DNA from: Clostridia bacterium DTU084
GTDB lineage: Bacteria > Bacillota > DTU084
Direction: 5' to 3'
Length of the DNA stretch: 61,670 bases
Assembly: GCA_001512905.1 (NCBI GenBank)
Contig: LFTB01000140.1
Location: 1-61,670 of the forward strand
Position 1 is the first letter of the stretch. Each line of letters opens with the position of its first letter. Shown one piece after another: positions 21,655 through 31,707 of the stretch. A program made the translations under genes and the position numbers. Below the pieces are notes generated by a model. That model made no database searches. It was given only the letters and a program-made list of their open reading frames with translations, and was not told where the DNA came from.

Positions 21655-24600
21655 CTATTTTTCAGCTGCCACAGCCACTTTTTCTTCTTTTTCTTCAGCA
21701 GGATCTGTCACTTTAATGGAGTTGTAGCGGCTCATGCCTGTGCCTGACGGCACGAGTTTTCCGATGATCACGTTCTCCTTCAAGCCGAGGAGAGGATCTT
21801 TCTTGCCCTTGATTGCCGCATCTGTGAGCACCTTTGTTGTCTCCTGGAAGCTGGCAGCAGACAGGAAGCTGTCTGTGGCAAGGGCTGCTTTGGTGATGGG
21901 CAGAAGCTCTTGCTTGCCCTGGGCAGGCTTTTTCCCTGCTTCCAAAGCGTCCCGGTTTGCGTCTTCAAGTTCTGACATATCCACAAGTCCGCCAGGGAGG
22001 AGGTCTGTGTCGCCGGGATCGTCGATCCGGACTTTCCTGAGCATCTGCCGCACAACCACTTCGATGTGCTTGTCGTTGATCTCCACACCCTGAGAGCGGT
22101 AAACTCCCTGAACGCTCCAGACCAGGTAGGCGGCCACTGCCTTGGGACCCCTGATGCGCAAAATGTCGTGGGGATTGAGGGGACGCCTTTTGGTGAGGGG
22201 GTCTCCCTTCTCCACTTTTTGCCCATCTGCAACCCTGAGGCTTGCCAGAGGAATTTTGTAGATTTTTTCCTCTCCAGATTCGCTTGTGACAACAACTTTT
22301 TTCTCATCTTTGCCGTCGAGGATCTTAACTGTTCCGCTGATCTCGCTGATCACGCCGGCGTCTTTTTGCTTGGGCCTGCGGGCTTCGAAAAGCTCCTCCA
22401 CCCTGGGCAGACCCTGGGTGATGTCAAGGCCAGCCACACCACCTGTGTGGAAGGTGCGCATGGTCAGCTGGGTGCCGGGCTCGCCGATGGATTGGGCGGC
22501 GATAATTCCTACTGCCTCGCCGATCTCCACCATTTTGCCTGTGGCCAGGTTCCTGCCGTAGCACTTCTGGCAGACGCCGTAGCGGGTGCGGCAGGTGATG
22601 GGACTGCGGATTTTCACTGGTTTATCACTTTTTGCCGCTTTCCTGGTCTCCTCGATTACCTTTGCCAGCTCTTCTGTGATTTCCTGGCCTGCTGCTACCA
22701 GCACCTCGCCTGTTTCAGGATGAAGCACATCATCTGCTGCGATTCTGCCCACCAGGCGATCTGCAAGGCCCTCGATCACGTTCTGCTGTTCAGCGTTTTC
22801 GCCGTCGATTTCGATAATTTCCCTGACTTCTATGCATTCATCCGGACCGCAGCCGCAGTCGTGTTCGCGGACGATGACATCCTGGCAGACATCCACCAGT
22901 CTTCTGGTCAGGTAGCCTGAGTCTGCTGTGCGCAGGGCAGTATCAGCAAGGCCCTTTCTCGCACCGTGGGTTGAGAGGAAGTATTCAAGCACTGTCAAGC
23001 CTTCTCTGAAGTTCGCCTTAATGGGAAGCTCGATGATCCGGCCTGAAGGATCTGCCATCAGTCCCCTCATACCAGCCAATTGACACAGCTGCTGCACGTT
23101 GCCTCGGGCGCCGCTTCTTGCCATCATGTGGATGGAATTGAAAGGATCCAGACCGTCAATAATGGCCTGGGTGATATCGTCTTTGGCAATTGTCCAGATA
23201 TCGATCAAGCTTTCCAGTCTTTCGTCGCCTGTGATCAAGCCTCGTTTGTACTGCTTCTCGATCTGATTTACCTTTGCTTCAGCCTCATCGATGATTTCTT
23301 TTTTCTGCTCAGGAATAACTATATCTGACACGGAAATGGTGGTGCCAGAGAGGGTGGCGAACTTAAAGCCTAAGTCCTTCAGCTTATCCAGGAGTTCTGC
23401 TGTGGCACCCAAGCCCAGCTTGCGGTAGCAGTCGTCGATGAGCTTGGCTAAGTGCTTTTTATCGATTACCTCGTCTATGAAGCGCATCTCTTCAGGCAGC
23501 GCTTCGTTGAAGATGAAGCGGCCCAAAGTGCTCTCCCGCAGCTTGCCGTGGTATCTGATCTTGATTTTCGCGTGGTAGTCCAACTCCTTGTGCTCTGCAG
23601 CCAGAAGGGCTTCATCCAAGCTGCCGAAAATCTTTCCTTCCCCTTTGGCGCCAGGCCGCTCCATTGTGAGATAGTAGCAGCCCAAAACCATATCCTGGGT
23701 TGGGGATGCAATGGGCCGGCCGTGAGCTGGCGAGAGGATATTGTTGATGGAAAGCATGAGCAGCCGGGCCTCAGACTGTGCTTCCAGGGAGAGAGGCAGG
23801 TGAATTGCCATCTGGTCACCGTCGAAGTCTGCATTGTATGCTGTACATACAAGCGGGTGAATCTGGATTGCCCTGCCTTCCACCAGCACTGGCTCAAAAG
23901 CCTGGATGCCGAGCCTGTGGAGGGTCGGTGCCCGGTTGAGGAGCACAGGATGTTCGCTGATCACTTCTTCTAGAACATCCCACACCTCAGGCCGCACACG
24001 CTCCACCATCCGCTTGGCGCTCTTGATGTTGTGGGCAAGGCCCCTGTCCACAAGGCGCTTCATCACAAAAGGCTTGAAAAGTTCTATGGCCATCTCTTTG
24101 GGCAGGCCGCACTGGTGCATTTTCAGCCTTGGTCCAACCACAATAACGCTTCTGCCGGAGTAGTCCACCCGCTTCCCTAAAAGGTTCTGCCTGAAGCGGC
24201 CCTGCTTGCCCTTCAGGAGATCGCTTAGAGATTTCAAGGGCCTGTTGCCAGGTCCTGTCACAGGCCTGCCCCGCCTGCCGTTGTCTATGAGGGCGTCCAC
24301 TGCCTCCTGCAGCATGCGTTTTTCGTTGCGGACGATGATATCAGGAGCATCAAGCTCCAGCAGCTTTTTTAATCTATTATTGCGGTTGATCACTCTGCGG
24401 TAGAGGTCGTTGAGATCCGAGGTGGCAAAACGGCCTCCGTCCAGCTGCACCATGGGCCGCAGCTCCGGAGGAATCACAGGGATCACGTCCATGATCATCC
24501 ATTCCGGTCTGGCGCCAGATTTGTGGAAGGCTTCCGCCACCTCCAGCCTCCGCAGGGCCCTGGCTTTGCGCTGGCCTGTGGTCTCAGCGATCTCAGCCCG

Positions 24601-25173
24601 CAGCTTTTTGCACATTTCCTCTGGGTCTATGGCTTCCAGGAGCTTCTTCACAGCTTCTGCGCCCATGCCCACTTCAAATGAATCGCCGTACTTTTCCCGG
24701 AACTCTTTGTAGTCATCTTCGGAAAGCAGCTGCTTTTCCGTCAGAGGTGTATCGCCAGGATCCAGGACAATATATGAGGCATAGTAGATTACTTTCTCCA
24801 AAGTTCGAGGGCTGATGTCAAGCAACAGCCCCATACGGCTGGGGATCCCCTTGAGAAACCAGATGTGAGAAACTGGACAGGCCAGCTCAATGTGGCCCAT
24901 CCGCTCTCTGCGCACCTTGGCCCGTGTGACCTCAACTCCGCAGCGGTCGCAAATGACGCCTTTGTACCGAACCCTTTTATATTTGCCGCAGTGGCACTCC
25001 CAGTCTTTGGTGGGGCCGAAGATCTTTTCGCAGAACAGCCCTTCCCGCTCTGGCTTGAGGGTCCTGTAGTTGATGGTCTCAGGCTTTTTAACCTCACCGC
25101 TGGACCAGGAGCGAATCTGTTCAGGGGAGGCCAACGAAATTTTTATATTATCAAAGTTGTTCACGTCCATCAT
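21655..25173 (-). CDS. rpoC: DNA-directed RNA polymerase beta-prime subunit
   Basis: [24 protein letters not shown] and the catalytic NADFDGD are present. The start is the ATG at 25173, after GGGGGGTGGG. Confidence 0.97.
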   Translation of the reverse strand: MMDVNNFDNIKISLASPEQIRSWSSGEVKKPETINYRTLKPEREGLFCEKIFGPTKDWECHCGKYKRVRYKGVICDRCGVEVTRAKVRRERMGHIELACPVSHIWFLKGIPSRMGLLLDISPRTLEKVIYYASYIVLDPGDTPLTEKQLLSEDDYKEFREKYGDSFEVGMGAEAVKKLLEAIDPEEMCKKLRAEIAETTGQRKARALRRLEVAEAFHKSGARPEWMIMDVIPVIPPELRPMVQLDGGRFATSDLNDLYRRVINRNNRLKKLLELDAPDIIVRNEKRMLQEAVDALIDNGRRGRPVTGPGNRPLKSLSDLLKGKQGRFRQNLLGKRVDYSGRSVIVVGPRLKMHQCGLPKEMAIELFKPFVMKRLVDRGLAHNIKSAKRMVERVRPEVWDVLEEVISEHPVLLNRAPTLHRLGIQAFEPVLVEGRAIQIHPLVCTAYNADFDGDQMAIHLPLSLEAQSEARLLMLSINNILSPAHGRPIASPTQDMVLGCYYLTMERPGAKGEGKIFGSLDEALLAAEHKELDYHAKIKIRYHGKLRESTLGRFIFNEALPEEMRFIDEVIDKKHLAKLIDDCYRKLGLGATAELLDKLKDLGFKFATLSGTTISVSDIVIPEQKKEIIDEAEAKVNQIEKQYKRGLITGDERLESLIDIWTIAKDDITQAIIDGLDPFNSIHMMARSGARGNVQQLCQLAGMRGLMADPSGRIIELPIKANFREGLTVLEYFLSTHGARKGLADTALRTADSGYLTRRLVDVCQDVIVREHDCGCGPDECIEVREIIEIDGENAEQQNVIEGLADRLVGRIAADDVLHPETGEVLVAAGQEITEELAKVIEETRKAAKSDKPVKIRSPITCRTRYGVCQKCYGRNLATGKMVEIGEAVGIIAAQSIGEPGTQLTMRTFHTGGVAGLDITQGLPRVEELFEARRPKQKDAGVISEISGTVKILDGKDEKKVVVTSESGEEKIYKIPLASLRVADGQKVEKGDPLTKRRPLNPHDILRIRGPKAVAAYLVWSVQGVYRSQGVEINDKHIEVVVRQMLRKVRIDDPGDTDLLPGGLVDMSELEDANRDALEAGKKPAQGKQELLPITKAALATDSFLSAASFQETTKVLTDAAIKGKKDPLLGLKENVIIGKLVPSGTGMSRYNSIKVTDPAEEKEEKVAVAAEK

Positions 25174-25260
25174 GCAACCCACCCCCCGTTTCACTCATTA
25201 TCCACTTCATCGTCTGTGGAAAAATCGTCATCTACGTCTTGGTCTACAACAGAAAATCGC

Positions 25261-28200
25261 CTAAACTGGCTGCGGTTCCTTCTCTGTCGCATCTGCAGCT
25301 TGCTCTTCTGCATCGTTTTCTTCATCTTCAGGTTCCTGTTGTTCATCGCTGTCATCAGGCATATCTTGACCTTCAGCAGAAGAATCGTCTCCATCTTCTT
25401 GTGCTTCAGCGGAAACAGAAGCCTCTTCAGGTTCGTACGCTTCCTCTTCTCCTGCTTCTACTACACCAAAGTCATTGTCTTCCTCTTCTTCTGCATCCTC
25501 TGGAATGTTTTCTTCGTCTTCAGGTTCCTGTTTTTGTTCTCTTCTTTTCTCAGACAGTTCCTCGGGCATCATCAGCAAGTCCAAACCAAATTCCTTTGCC
25601 ATCTGTCCTACTTCTTCGTCGTCTTCCTTGATCTCTATTTCCTTGTCTTCTTCTGTGAGCACCCTCACGTCCAGACCTAGGCTCTGCAGTTCCTTAATCA
25701 GAACCTTGAAGGATTCCGGCACGCCGGGTTCAGGTATATTTTCTCCCTTGACTATGGCCTCATAGGTCTTCACCCTGCCCACAATGTCGTCGCTCTTGAC
25801 GGTGAGCATCTCCTGCAGGGTGTAGGCAGCACCATAAGCCTCCAGTGCCCAGACTTCCATCTCGCCAAACCGCTGGCCGCCGAACTGGGCCTTCCCGCCC
25901 AAGGGCTGCTGGGTAACCAAGGAGTATGGGCCGGTGGAACGAGCGTGGATCTTGTCGTCGACGAGGTGGGCAAGCTTCAGCATATAGACGTAGCCCACAG
26001 TGACTTTCTGCTCAAAGGGCTCGCCGGTTCTGCCATCGTAGAGGGTGATCTTGCCATCTGGAGGCAAGTTTGCCTCTTTCATGGTAGCGATTACGTCCTC
26101 TTCGTTGGCGCCGTCGAAAACAGGGCTTACGATGTGAATGCCCAATGCTTTGGCAGCCCAGCCCAAGTGAGTTTCCAGCACCTGGCCGATGTTCATCCGG
26201 GAGGGCACTCCCAGGGGATTGAGAACTATCTCAACAGGGGTGCCGTCAGGCAGAAAGGGCATGTCTTCAACAGGCAGGATCCTGGAGATGACACCTTTGT
26301 TGCCGTGGCGGCCGGCCATTTTGTCCCCTTCGGAAATCTTTCGCTTTTGGGCAACGTAGACCCTCACCAGCTTGTTGACGCCAGGCGGCAGCTCGTCGCC
26401 TTTGTCCCGGCTGAAAACCTGCACGTCAACGACTGTGCCGCCCTCGCCGTGAGGCACTTTCAGAGAAGTGTCCCGCACCTCCCTGGCTTTCTCGCCGAAG
26501 ATTGCCCTCAGAAGCCGTTCTTCTGCAGTGAGTTCAGTTTCGCCTTTAGGCGTGACTTTTCCAACCAGGATGTCGCCTGTGCGGACTTCCGCCCCTACCC
26601 TGATAATTCCCCGCTCATCCAGGTCCTTTAGGGCATCTTCACCTACGTTGGGGATGTCGCGCGTGATCTCTTCAGCCCCAAGTTTGGTGTCTCTGGCGTC
26701 ACATTCGTACTCTTCTATGTGAATGGAGGTGAAAACGTCCTCCTGTACCAGCTTTTCGCTGATCAAAATAGCGTCCTCGTAGTTGTACCCTTCCCAGGGC
26801 ATGAAGGCGACCAGGACGTTGCGGCCCAGGGCAAGCTCACCTTGGTCTGTGGAAGGTCCGTCTGCAATAATATCGCCTTTTTTCACCTGCTCGCCCTGCT
26901 TCACAATGGGCCTTTGGTTGATGCAGGTTCCCTGGTTGGAGCGGCGGAACTTCAAGAGGGGATAAGAAACTTCTTTGCCGTCGTTTGTTTCCAAAACAAT
27001 CTCATCGGCAGTAACTTTGCTGACAACCCCGTCGTGCTCTGCCACCACCACAGCGCCTGAGTCAGTTGCTGCCCTGTACTCCATGCCTGTGCCCACAAGG
27101 GGGGCCTCAGTGCGCAGGAGGGGCACTGCCTGCCGCTGCATGTTCGCTCCCATCAGAGCCCTGTTGGCGTCATCGTTTTCCAGGAAGGGAATCAGCGCCG
27201 TGGCTACAGAAACGATCTGCTTGGGAGAGACGTCCATGTAGTCCACATTCTGAGGCGACACGAGCAGAATTTCGTCCTTGTAACGGGCGGAAACTTGTTC
27301 GTTGACAAAGGATCCGTCTTCAGCAAAAGGCTCGTTAGCCTGTGCGATTACGTAGTTGTCTTCCACATCAGCTGTGAGGTAGACGATTTCGTCTGTAACC
27401 TTCCCATCTACCACTTTGCGGTAGGGCGTTTCAATGAAGCCGTACTCGTTAACCCGGGCAAATGTACACAAAGACCCGATCAGACCAATGTTGGGTCCCT
27501 CTGGAGTCTCGATGGGACACATTCTCCCGTAGTGGGAGTGGTGGACGTCCCGGACTTCAAAGCCGGCCCGTTCTCTACTGAGGCCCCCTGGGCCCAAAGC
27601 GCTGAGCCTTCTTTTATGGGTGAGCTCCGCCAAAGGGTTGGTCTGATCCATGAACTGGGACAGCTGGCTGCTGCCGAAAAATTCTTTGATGGCTGCCACA
27701 GCCGGCCTGGCATTGATCAATTTCTCCGGGGTGACGGGCTCTGTATCTAGCTGCATGCCCATCCGCTCCCGCACGACTTTCTCCATCCTGGATAACCCAA
27801 TGCGGAATTGGTTCTGCAGAAGCTCTCCTACAGATTTGAGCCTGCGGTTGCCCAGGTGATCTATGTCGTCAAAGGAGCCGCAGCCGTCCATTAAGTTGGT
27901 GAGGTAGTTGACGACAGCTGCAATATCCTCTGGGGTGAGGGTCATTTGATCTGTTGGCGGACTGCCGTTGCTGAGGACCTTGATTTGTTTGCCTTCTTCG
28001 GTCACGATAAAGGCATGAGAAATGTTTGCCTTCTCTATTTCATCAGCAAGGGCGTTGTCCACTCTGGTGCCTTTGGCAGCCAGCACGTTGCCCTCTTCGT
28101 CTACTATGTCTTGGGCTAGTTCTCTCCCTAAGATCCTTTCCCGAAGCGAAAGCTTTTTGTTGAGCTTATACCTGCCCACAGCTGCCAGATCGTAGCGCTT

Positions 28201-28980
28201 GGGCTCTGTGAAGAGGGACTGGATGAGGCTGCTTGCGCTTTCCACATTGGACGGTTCTCCAGGCCGCAGTCGCCTGTACAGTTCGATGAGAGCTTCGTCC
28301 TGGCTGCTGGTAGTATCCCTCTCCATGGTATTGCGGATGTATTCGTTTTCAGCGAATAACTCCAAGAGCTTCTGATCCGTGCCATACCCTAAAGCGCGCA
28401 AAAAGGTGGTAACAGGGAGCTTGCGGGTTCTGTCCACCCGGACGTAGATCACCTGGTTTTGATCTGTTTCGAACTCAAGCCAGGCGCCCCGGTTAGGGAT
28501 AATGCTGGCGTTAAGGACGGTTTGAGGGCCGGAGTCCGTGTCCTGTTTGAAGTACGCGCCAGGGGAGCGCACAAGCTGACTGACCACAGCACGCTCTGCG
28601 CCGTTGATGATAAAGGTGCCTGATTTGGTCATCAAAGGAAAGTCGCCCATGAAAACACTGGTCTCCTGGACTTCTCCTGTTTCTTTGTTGATCAGGCGCA
28701 CCTTCACCCTGAGAGGCGCGGCATAGGTGGCATCCCGCTCTTTGCATTCCTGTACATCGTACTTAGGTTCTCCTAGGGTGTAGTCCACGAATTCCAAAGA
28801 CAAATTACCAGTAATGTCTTGGATCGGAGAGATGTCGTCAAACGTTTCCTTGAGCCCGTGTTCCAGAAACCAGCGATAGGACTTGCGTTGAATTTCAATC
28901 AAATCTGGGATCTCTAGTATCTCGTCAATCCGGGAATAGCTGCGTCGCTGTTTCTTGCCATATGTGACAATATGGGCCAT
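25261..28980 (-). CDS. rpoB: DNA-directed RNA polymerase beta subunit with a long acidic C-terminal tail
   Basis: The ATG at 28980 ([18 protein letters not shown]) follows GAGGTGAGGAG. Conserved RpoB blocks run throughout. The last 131 residues are extremely rich in D and E. Confidence 0.97.
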   Translation of the reverse strand: MAHIVTYGKKQRRSYSRIDEILEIPDLIEIQRKSYRWFLEHGLKETFDDISPIQDITGNLSLEFVDYTLGEPKYDVQECKERDATYAAPLRVKVRLINKETGEVQETSVFMGDFPLMTKSGTFIINGAERAVVSQLVRSPGAYFKQDTDSGPQTVLNASIIPNRGAWLEFETDQNQVIYVRVDRTRKLPVTTFLRALGYGTDQKLLELFAENEYIRNTMERDTTSSQDEALIELYRRLRPGEPSNVESASSLIQSLFTEPKRYDLAAVGRYKLNKKLSLRERILGRELAQDIVDEEGNVLAAKGTRVDNALADEIEKANISHAFIVTEEGKQIKVLSNGSPPTDQMTLTPEDIAAVVNYLTNLMDGCGSFDDIDHLGNRRLKSVGELLQNQFRIGLSRMEKVVRERMGMQLDTEPVTPEKLINARPAVAAIKEFFGSSQLSQFMDQTNPLAELTHKRRLSALGPGGLSRERAGFEVRDVHHSHYGRMCPIETPEGPNIGLIGSLCTFARVNEYGFIETPYRKVVDGKVTDEIVYLTADVEDNYVIAQANEPFAEDGSFVNEQVSARYKDEILLVSPQNVDYMDVSPKQIVSVATALIPFLENDDANRALMGANMQRQAVPLLRTEAPLVGTGMEYRAATDSGAVVVAEHDGVVSKVTADEIVLETNDGKEVSYPLLKFRRSNQGTCINQRPIVKQGEQVKKGDIIADGPSTDQGELALGRNVLVAFMPWEGYNYEDAILISEKLVQEDVFTSIHIEEYECDARDTKLGAEEITRDIPNVGEDALKDLDERGIIRVGAEVRTGDILVGKVTPKGETELTAEERLLRAIFGEKAREVRDTSLKVPHGEGGTVVDVQVFSRDKGDELPPGVNKLVRVYVAQKRKISEGDKMAGRHGNKGVISRILPVEDMPFLPDGTPVEIVLNPLGVPSRMNIGQVLETHLGWAAKALGIHIVSPVFDGANEEDVIATMKEANLPPDGKITLYDGRTGEPFEQKVTVGYVYMLKLAHLVDDKIHARSTGPYSLVTQQPLGGKAQFGGQRFGEMEVWALEAYGAAYTLQEMLTVKSDDIVGRVKTYEAIVKGENIPEPGVPESFKVLIKELQSLGLDVRVLTEEDKEIEIKEDDEEVGQMAKEFGLDLLMMPEELSEKRREQKQEPEDEENIPEDAEEEEDNDFGVVEAGEEEAYEPEEASVSAEAQEDGDDSSAEGQDMPDDSDEQQEPEDEENDAEEQAADATEKEPQPV

Positions 28981-29038
28981 TTCCTTCTCCTCACCTCTTG
29001 TTAACAATTTAAAAAAGAAAAAAAGGTATAGCAAAAGG

Positions 29039-29060
29039 CAAGGCTCTCCCCTGAGCCTTG
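29039..29060 (-). promoter_or_regulatory. Terminator-like hairpin inside the rpoB 5' leader (candidate attenuator)
   Basis: Minus-strand CAAGGCTC-AGGGGA-GAGCCTTG is a perfect 8-bp stem. It is followed by CCTTTTGCTATACCTTTTTTTCTTTTTT. It lies between the predicted promoter and the rpoB ATG. Confidence 0.5.
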
Positions 29061-29105
29061 CTGACCAAAGCTGTGCAAAAAAACCGTATACTTAAGCGAT
29101 TTACT

Positions 29106-29134
29106 ATTTTACCATACTGTTAGCGTTAAGTCAA
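29106..29134 (-). promoter_or_regulatory. SigA-type promoter for rpoB-rpoC
   Basis: Minus-strand TTGACT, a 17-nt spacer, then TAAAAT. A TGG sits immediately upstream of the -10 (extended -10). Confidence 0.6.
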
Positions 29135-29193
29135 CGCTTACAAAAAATTTCTCCAATACCTTAAATTTTGCCCGCAAAACCTGCAAATTATCC

Positions 29194-30921
29194 TTATAGA
29201 GCAGCCTGAAATTGAGAACTATATAATTTTGCATAGATGCCGCCAGCGTCCATAAGCTGCTGGTGGGGTCCTTCCTCGATTATTCTGCCATCTTCAATTA
29301 CCACAATCCGATCCGCACCTGCAATCGTGGAAAGCCTGTGGGCGATAAGCAGCGTTGTTCTTCCTTTTGCCAGCTCCAGCAGGCTTGCGTGAATTTGTTT
29401 TTCCGTGATATTGTCCAGGGAACTTGTGGCCTCATCTAGAATCAGAATCGGCGGATCCTTCAAAAAGACTCTGGCGATGGCGATGCGCTGCTTCTGCCCT
29501 CCAGATAATTTGATTCCCCGTTCACCGATGTATGTATCGTAGCCTTGGGACAGTGTTGCTATGAAGTCATCTAAATGTGCACGCCGGGCAGCCTCTTTCA
29601 TTTCCTCTTCTGACGCTTCTGGCCTTCCGTAGAGTATGTTGTCCCGAATAGTGCCGGCGAAGAGGAACACATCCTGCTGCACTATACCGATCTTGCTCCT
29701 CAAGTCTGACAGCTTAAGCTCCTTGACGTTCACTCCATCCAGGAGGACTTCCCCAGCTGTTACATCGTAAAAACGAGGGATGAGCCTGGCCAAAGTGGTT
29801 TTGCCTCCGCCAGAGGGCCCCACAACTGCTACAGTTTCCCCAGGCTTGATGGTTAAGTTCACATCGTGGAGGACATCTGCTTCATCGTTATACTGGAAAC
29901 TGACCTTGCGGAATTCAATTTCTCCCCTCACCTCTTCAAGGGGCTTGGCATCCGGCGGATCTGTGATCTGAGGCTGGTAGCTCATCAGCTCAAGGAAGCG
30001 CTCAAAGCCGCTCATACCGGACTGCAGCTGCTGGGTAAAGGCTGTAAGGCGTCTGATGGGCTGGAGGAAAAAGCTGATGAAAAGCAGGTAGGTGGTCAGA
30101 TCGGCGTAGTCGATCTTTCCTTGATAGACGAAAATGCCCCCACCTACGAGAACAGCAACATTAAGCAGGTTAGTGAGAAAATCCAGCCCTGAGGAATAGT
30201 TGGCCATACGTTTGAAAGCCACTTCCCTGGCCTCTTTGAACCGCCAGTTGGAGTGTTCAAACCGCTCCATTTCGTATTCCTCATTGACAAAGCTTTTAAC
30301 CTCCCGGACTCCAGCCAGGCTGTTTTCTAAATTGGCATTCACCTCCGCTACCTCTATTCGCTCTTTGGCAAAAGCCTGGCGCATTTTGGTCCGCTGCGTA
30401 ATTGCAAACCAGGCAATAGGGGGTACGAAAACAAAGACGATGATGGTCAAAAGGGCGTTGATTCGGTATAAGTAAATAAACGAGCCCACAAGCATGAGGG
30501 TGGCCAAAAACAGATCTTCCGGTCCGTGGTGGGCCAGCTCTGTAACCTCCCGCAGGTCGTTGACAATCCTGCTCATCAAAGAGCCCACTTTGTTGTCATC
30601 GAAGAATTTGAAGTCCATCAGCTGCAGATGAGAAAACAATTCCTTGCGCATTTGATACTCCATGCGCACTCCCACAACGTGGCCCCAGTAGTTGACGATG
30701 TATTGGAAAATCATTCTGAGGACGTACATAACCACCAAAACGCCGGACAAAATGAGCATCAAGCGGTAATTGCGGTTGGGGATCAGATCTTTCAAAAAAA
30801 CCCTTGTTGCGATGGGAAAGGCAAGGTCCATCACTGCAATGCAGCTTGCGCAGAACATATCCAATAAAAAAAGCTTCCAAACGTACCGATAATAAGAAAC
30901 AAATTTACGAATTTTTTCCAT
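29194..30921 (-). CDS. ABC exporter, fused permease-ATPase half-transporter (MsbA/multidrug-like)
   Basis: The N-terminal six-TM region is followed by Walker A GPSGGGKTT, signature LSGGQKQRIAIAR and Walker B ILILDEATSSLD. I trimmed the start to the ATG at 30921 (MEKIRKF). Confidence 0.88.
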   Translation of the reverse strand: MEKIRKFVSYYRYVWKLFLLDMFCASCIAVMDLAFPIATRVFLKDLIPNRNYRLMLILSGVLVVMYVLRMIFQYIVNYWGHVVGVRMEYQMRKELFSHLQLMDFKFFDDNKVGSLMSRIVNDLREVTELAHHGPEDLFLATLMLVGSFIYLYRINALLTIIVFVFVPPIAWFAITQRTKMRQAFAKERIEVAEVNANLENSLAGVREVKSFVNEEYEMERFEHSNWRFKEAREVAFKRMANYSSGLDFLTNLLNVAVLVGGGIFVYQGKIDYADLTTYLLFISFFLQPIRRLTAFTQQLQSGMSGFERFLELMSYQPQITDPPDAKPLEEVRGEIEFRKVSFQYNDEADVLHDVNLTIKPGETVAVVGPSGGGKTTLARLIPRFYDVTAGEVLLDGVNVKELKLSDLRSKIGIVQQDVFLFAGTIRDNILYGRPEASEEEMKEAARRAHLDDFIATLSQGYDTYIGERGIKLSGGQKQRIAIARVFLKDPPILILDEATSSLDNITEKQIHASLLELAKGRTTLLIAHRLSTIAGADRIVVIEDGRIIEEGPHQQLMDAGGIYAKLYSSQFQAAL

Positions 30922-30992
30922 GGAACCTCCCGCTCCTTCTATCTTTATCCTAAGCAAGGATTCAGATAAAAGCAAGTCCCAAAGATAAATTT

Positions 30993-31403
30993 TTATAAAC
31001 TAGCCTGCAGAAGCCTGTAAAGCTCCGGTTGTTTTTTGCTTAAATTGATCGGCTTCAGCTTTCTATCTGTCCAGCCGTGCTCTGTGAAGCCAAGAGCAAG
31101 GAGAGTTCCCTGCTGATTATAAACCTCATAAGCGAATTCAATTCGGACGCAGGTTAATTTCTTGATCCTGGTCTTCACCTCAATCTCGTCCCCATATTTT
31201 GCCGGAGCCAGATATTTACAATTCAGATTCACCAAAGGCAGAAGCAGCCCCTCCTCTTCCAGGGAAGCGTATGTTCTGCCCAGCTGCCTGAGGTGATCTG
31301 TTCTGCCGATCTCAAACCAAATGGGGTAGTTGGAGTGGTGGACAATCCCCATCTGATCTGTTTCTGCGTAGCGGACTGGGAAAGAAACCAGGGTGAACAC
31401 CAC
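30993..31403 (-). CDS. Hotdog-fold acyl-CoA thioesterase (YbgC/4HBT-like)
   Basis: FPVRYAETDQMGIVHHSNYPIWFEIGR matches the 4HBT catalytic-Asp context. The start is the GTG at 31403 or 31400, after AAAGGGGG. The track start at 31460 falls inside the predicted promoter. Confidence 0.75.
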   Translation of the reverse strand: MVFTLVSFPVRYAETDQMGIVHHSNYPIWFEIGRTDHLRQLGRTYASLEEEGLLLPLVNLNCKYLAPAKYGDEIEVKTRIKKLTCVRIEFAYEVYNQQGTLLALGFTEHGWTDRKLKPINLSKKQPELYRLLQASL

Positions 31404-31431
31404 CAGACCCCCTTTCCAGCTAGTACCAGTT

Positions 31432-31460
31432 ATTATAGCACTATTATTTGCTAGATGCAA
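31432..31460 (-). promoter_or_regulatory. SigA-type promoter for the thioesterase-ABC exporter unit
   Basis: Minus-strand TTGCAT, a 17-nt spacer, then a perfect TATAAT preceded by TGC (extended -10). Confidence 0.6.
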
Positions 31461-31654
31461 AGAAAACCGATGATTAGGGAAAAAAGTTCTCTTTATATAC
31501 CTGTAAGTTCACTTAATGCAATCCCCGGAAGAAAGGCTGGCTTGCGATGCGCTTGCAAGAGCTGGTGTTTGAAAAGAAAGAGGATGCTCTTCACTGGAGA
31601 ATAAAGCACGAAGTTCTGAAGGAGGCTGTGCCAATCTAACGAAATGAGAACTTC

Positions 31655-31689
31655 AATTAAAAGAAGCTGTCCCAAAAAGGGGCAGCCTC
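31655..31689 (-). terminator. Probable intrinsic terminator after the GH38 gene
   Basis: Minus-strand GAGGCTGCCCC-TTTTT-GGGACAGCTTC is an imperfect stem with one mismatch and one wobble pair. It is followed by TTTTAATTG. Confidence 0.45.
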
Positions 31690-31707
31690 TTTATCTTTTC
31701 ATCGCTT

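Noticed and set aside
24865-25680. A 271-aa plus-strand ORF spanning the rpoC start and rpoB end.
   Set aside because: It is antisense to two certain genes. Its F/L/S-rich low-complexity translation is simply the mirror image of the rpoB acidic tail, and it has no SD.
31493-31675. A 60-aa minus-strand ORF between the GH38 and thioesterase genes.
   Set aside because: It overlaps the predicted GH38 terminator and lies upstream of the thioesterase promoter. It has no SD.
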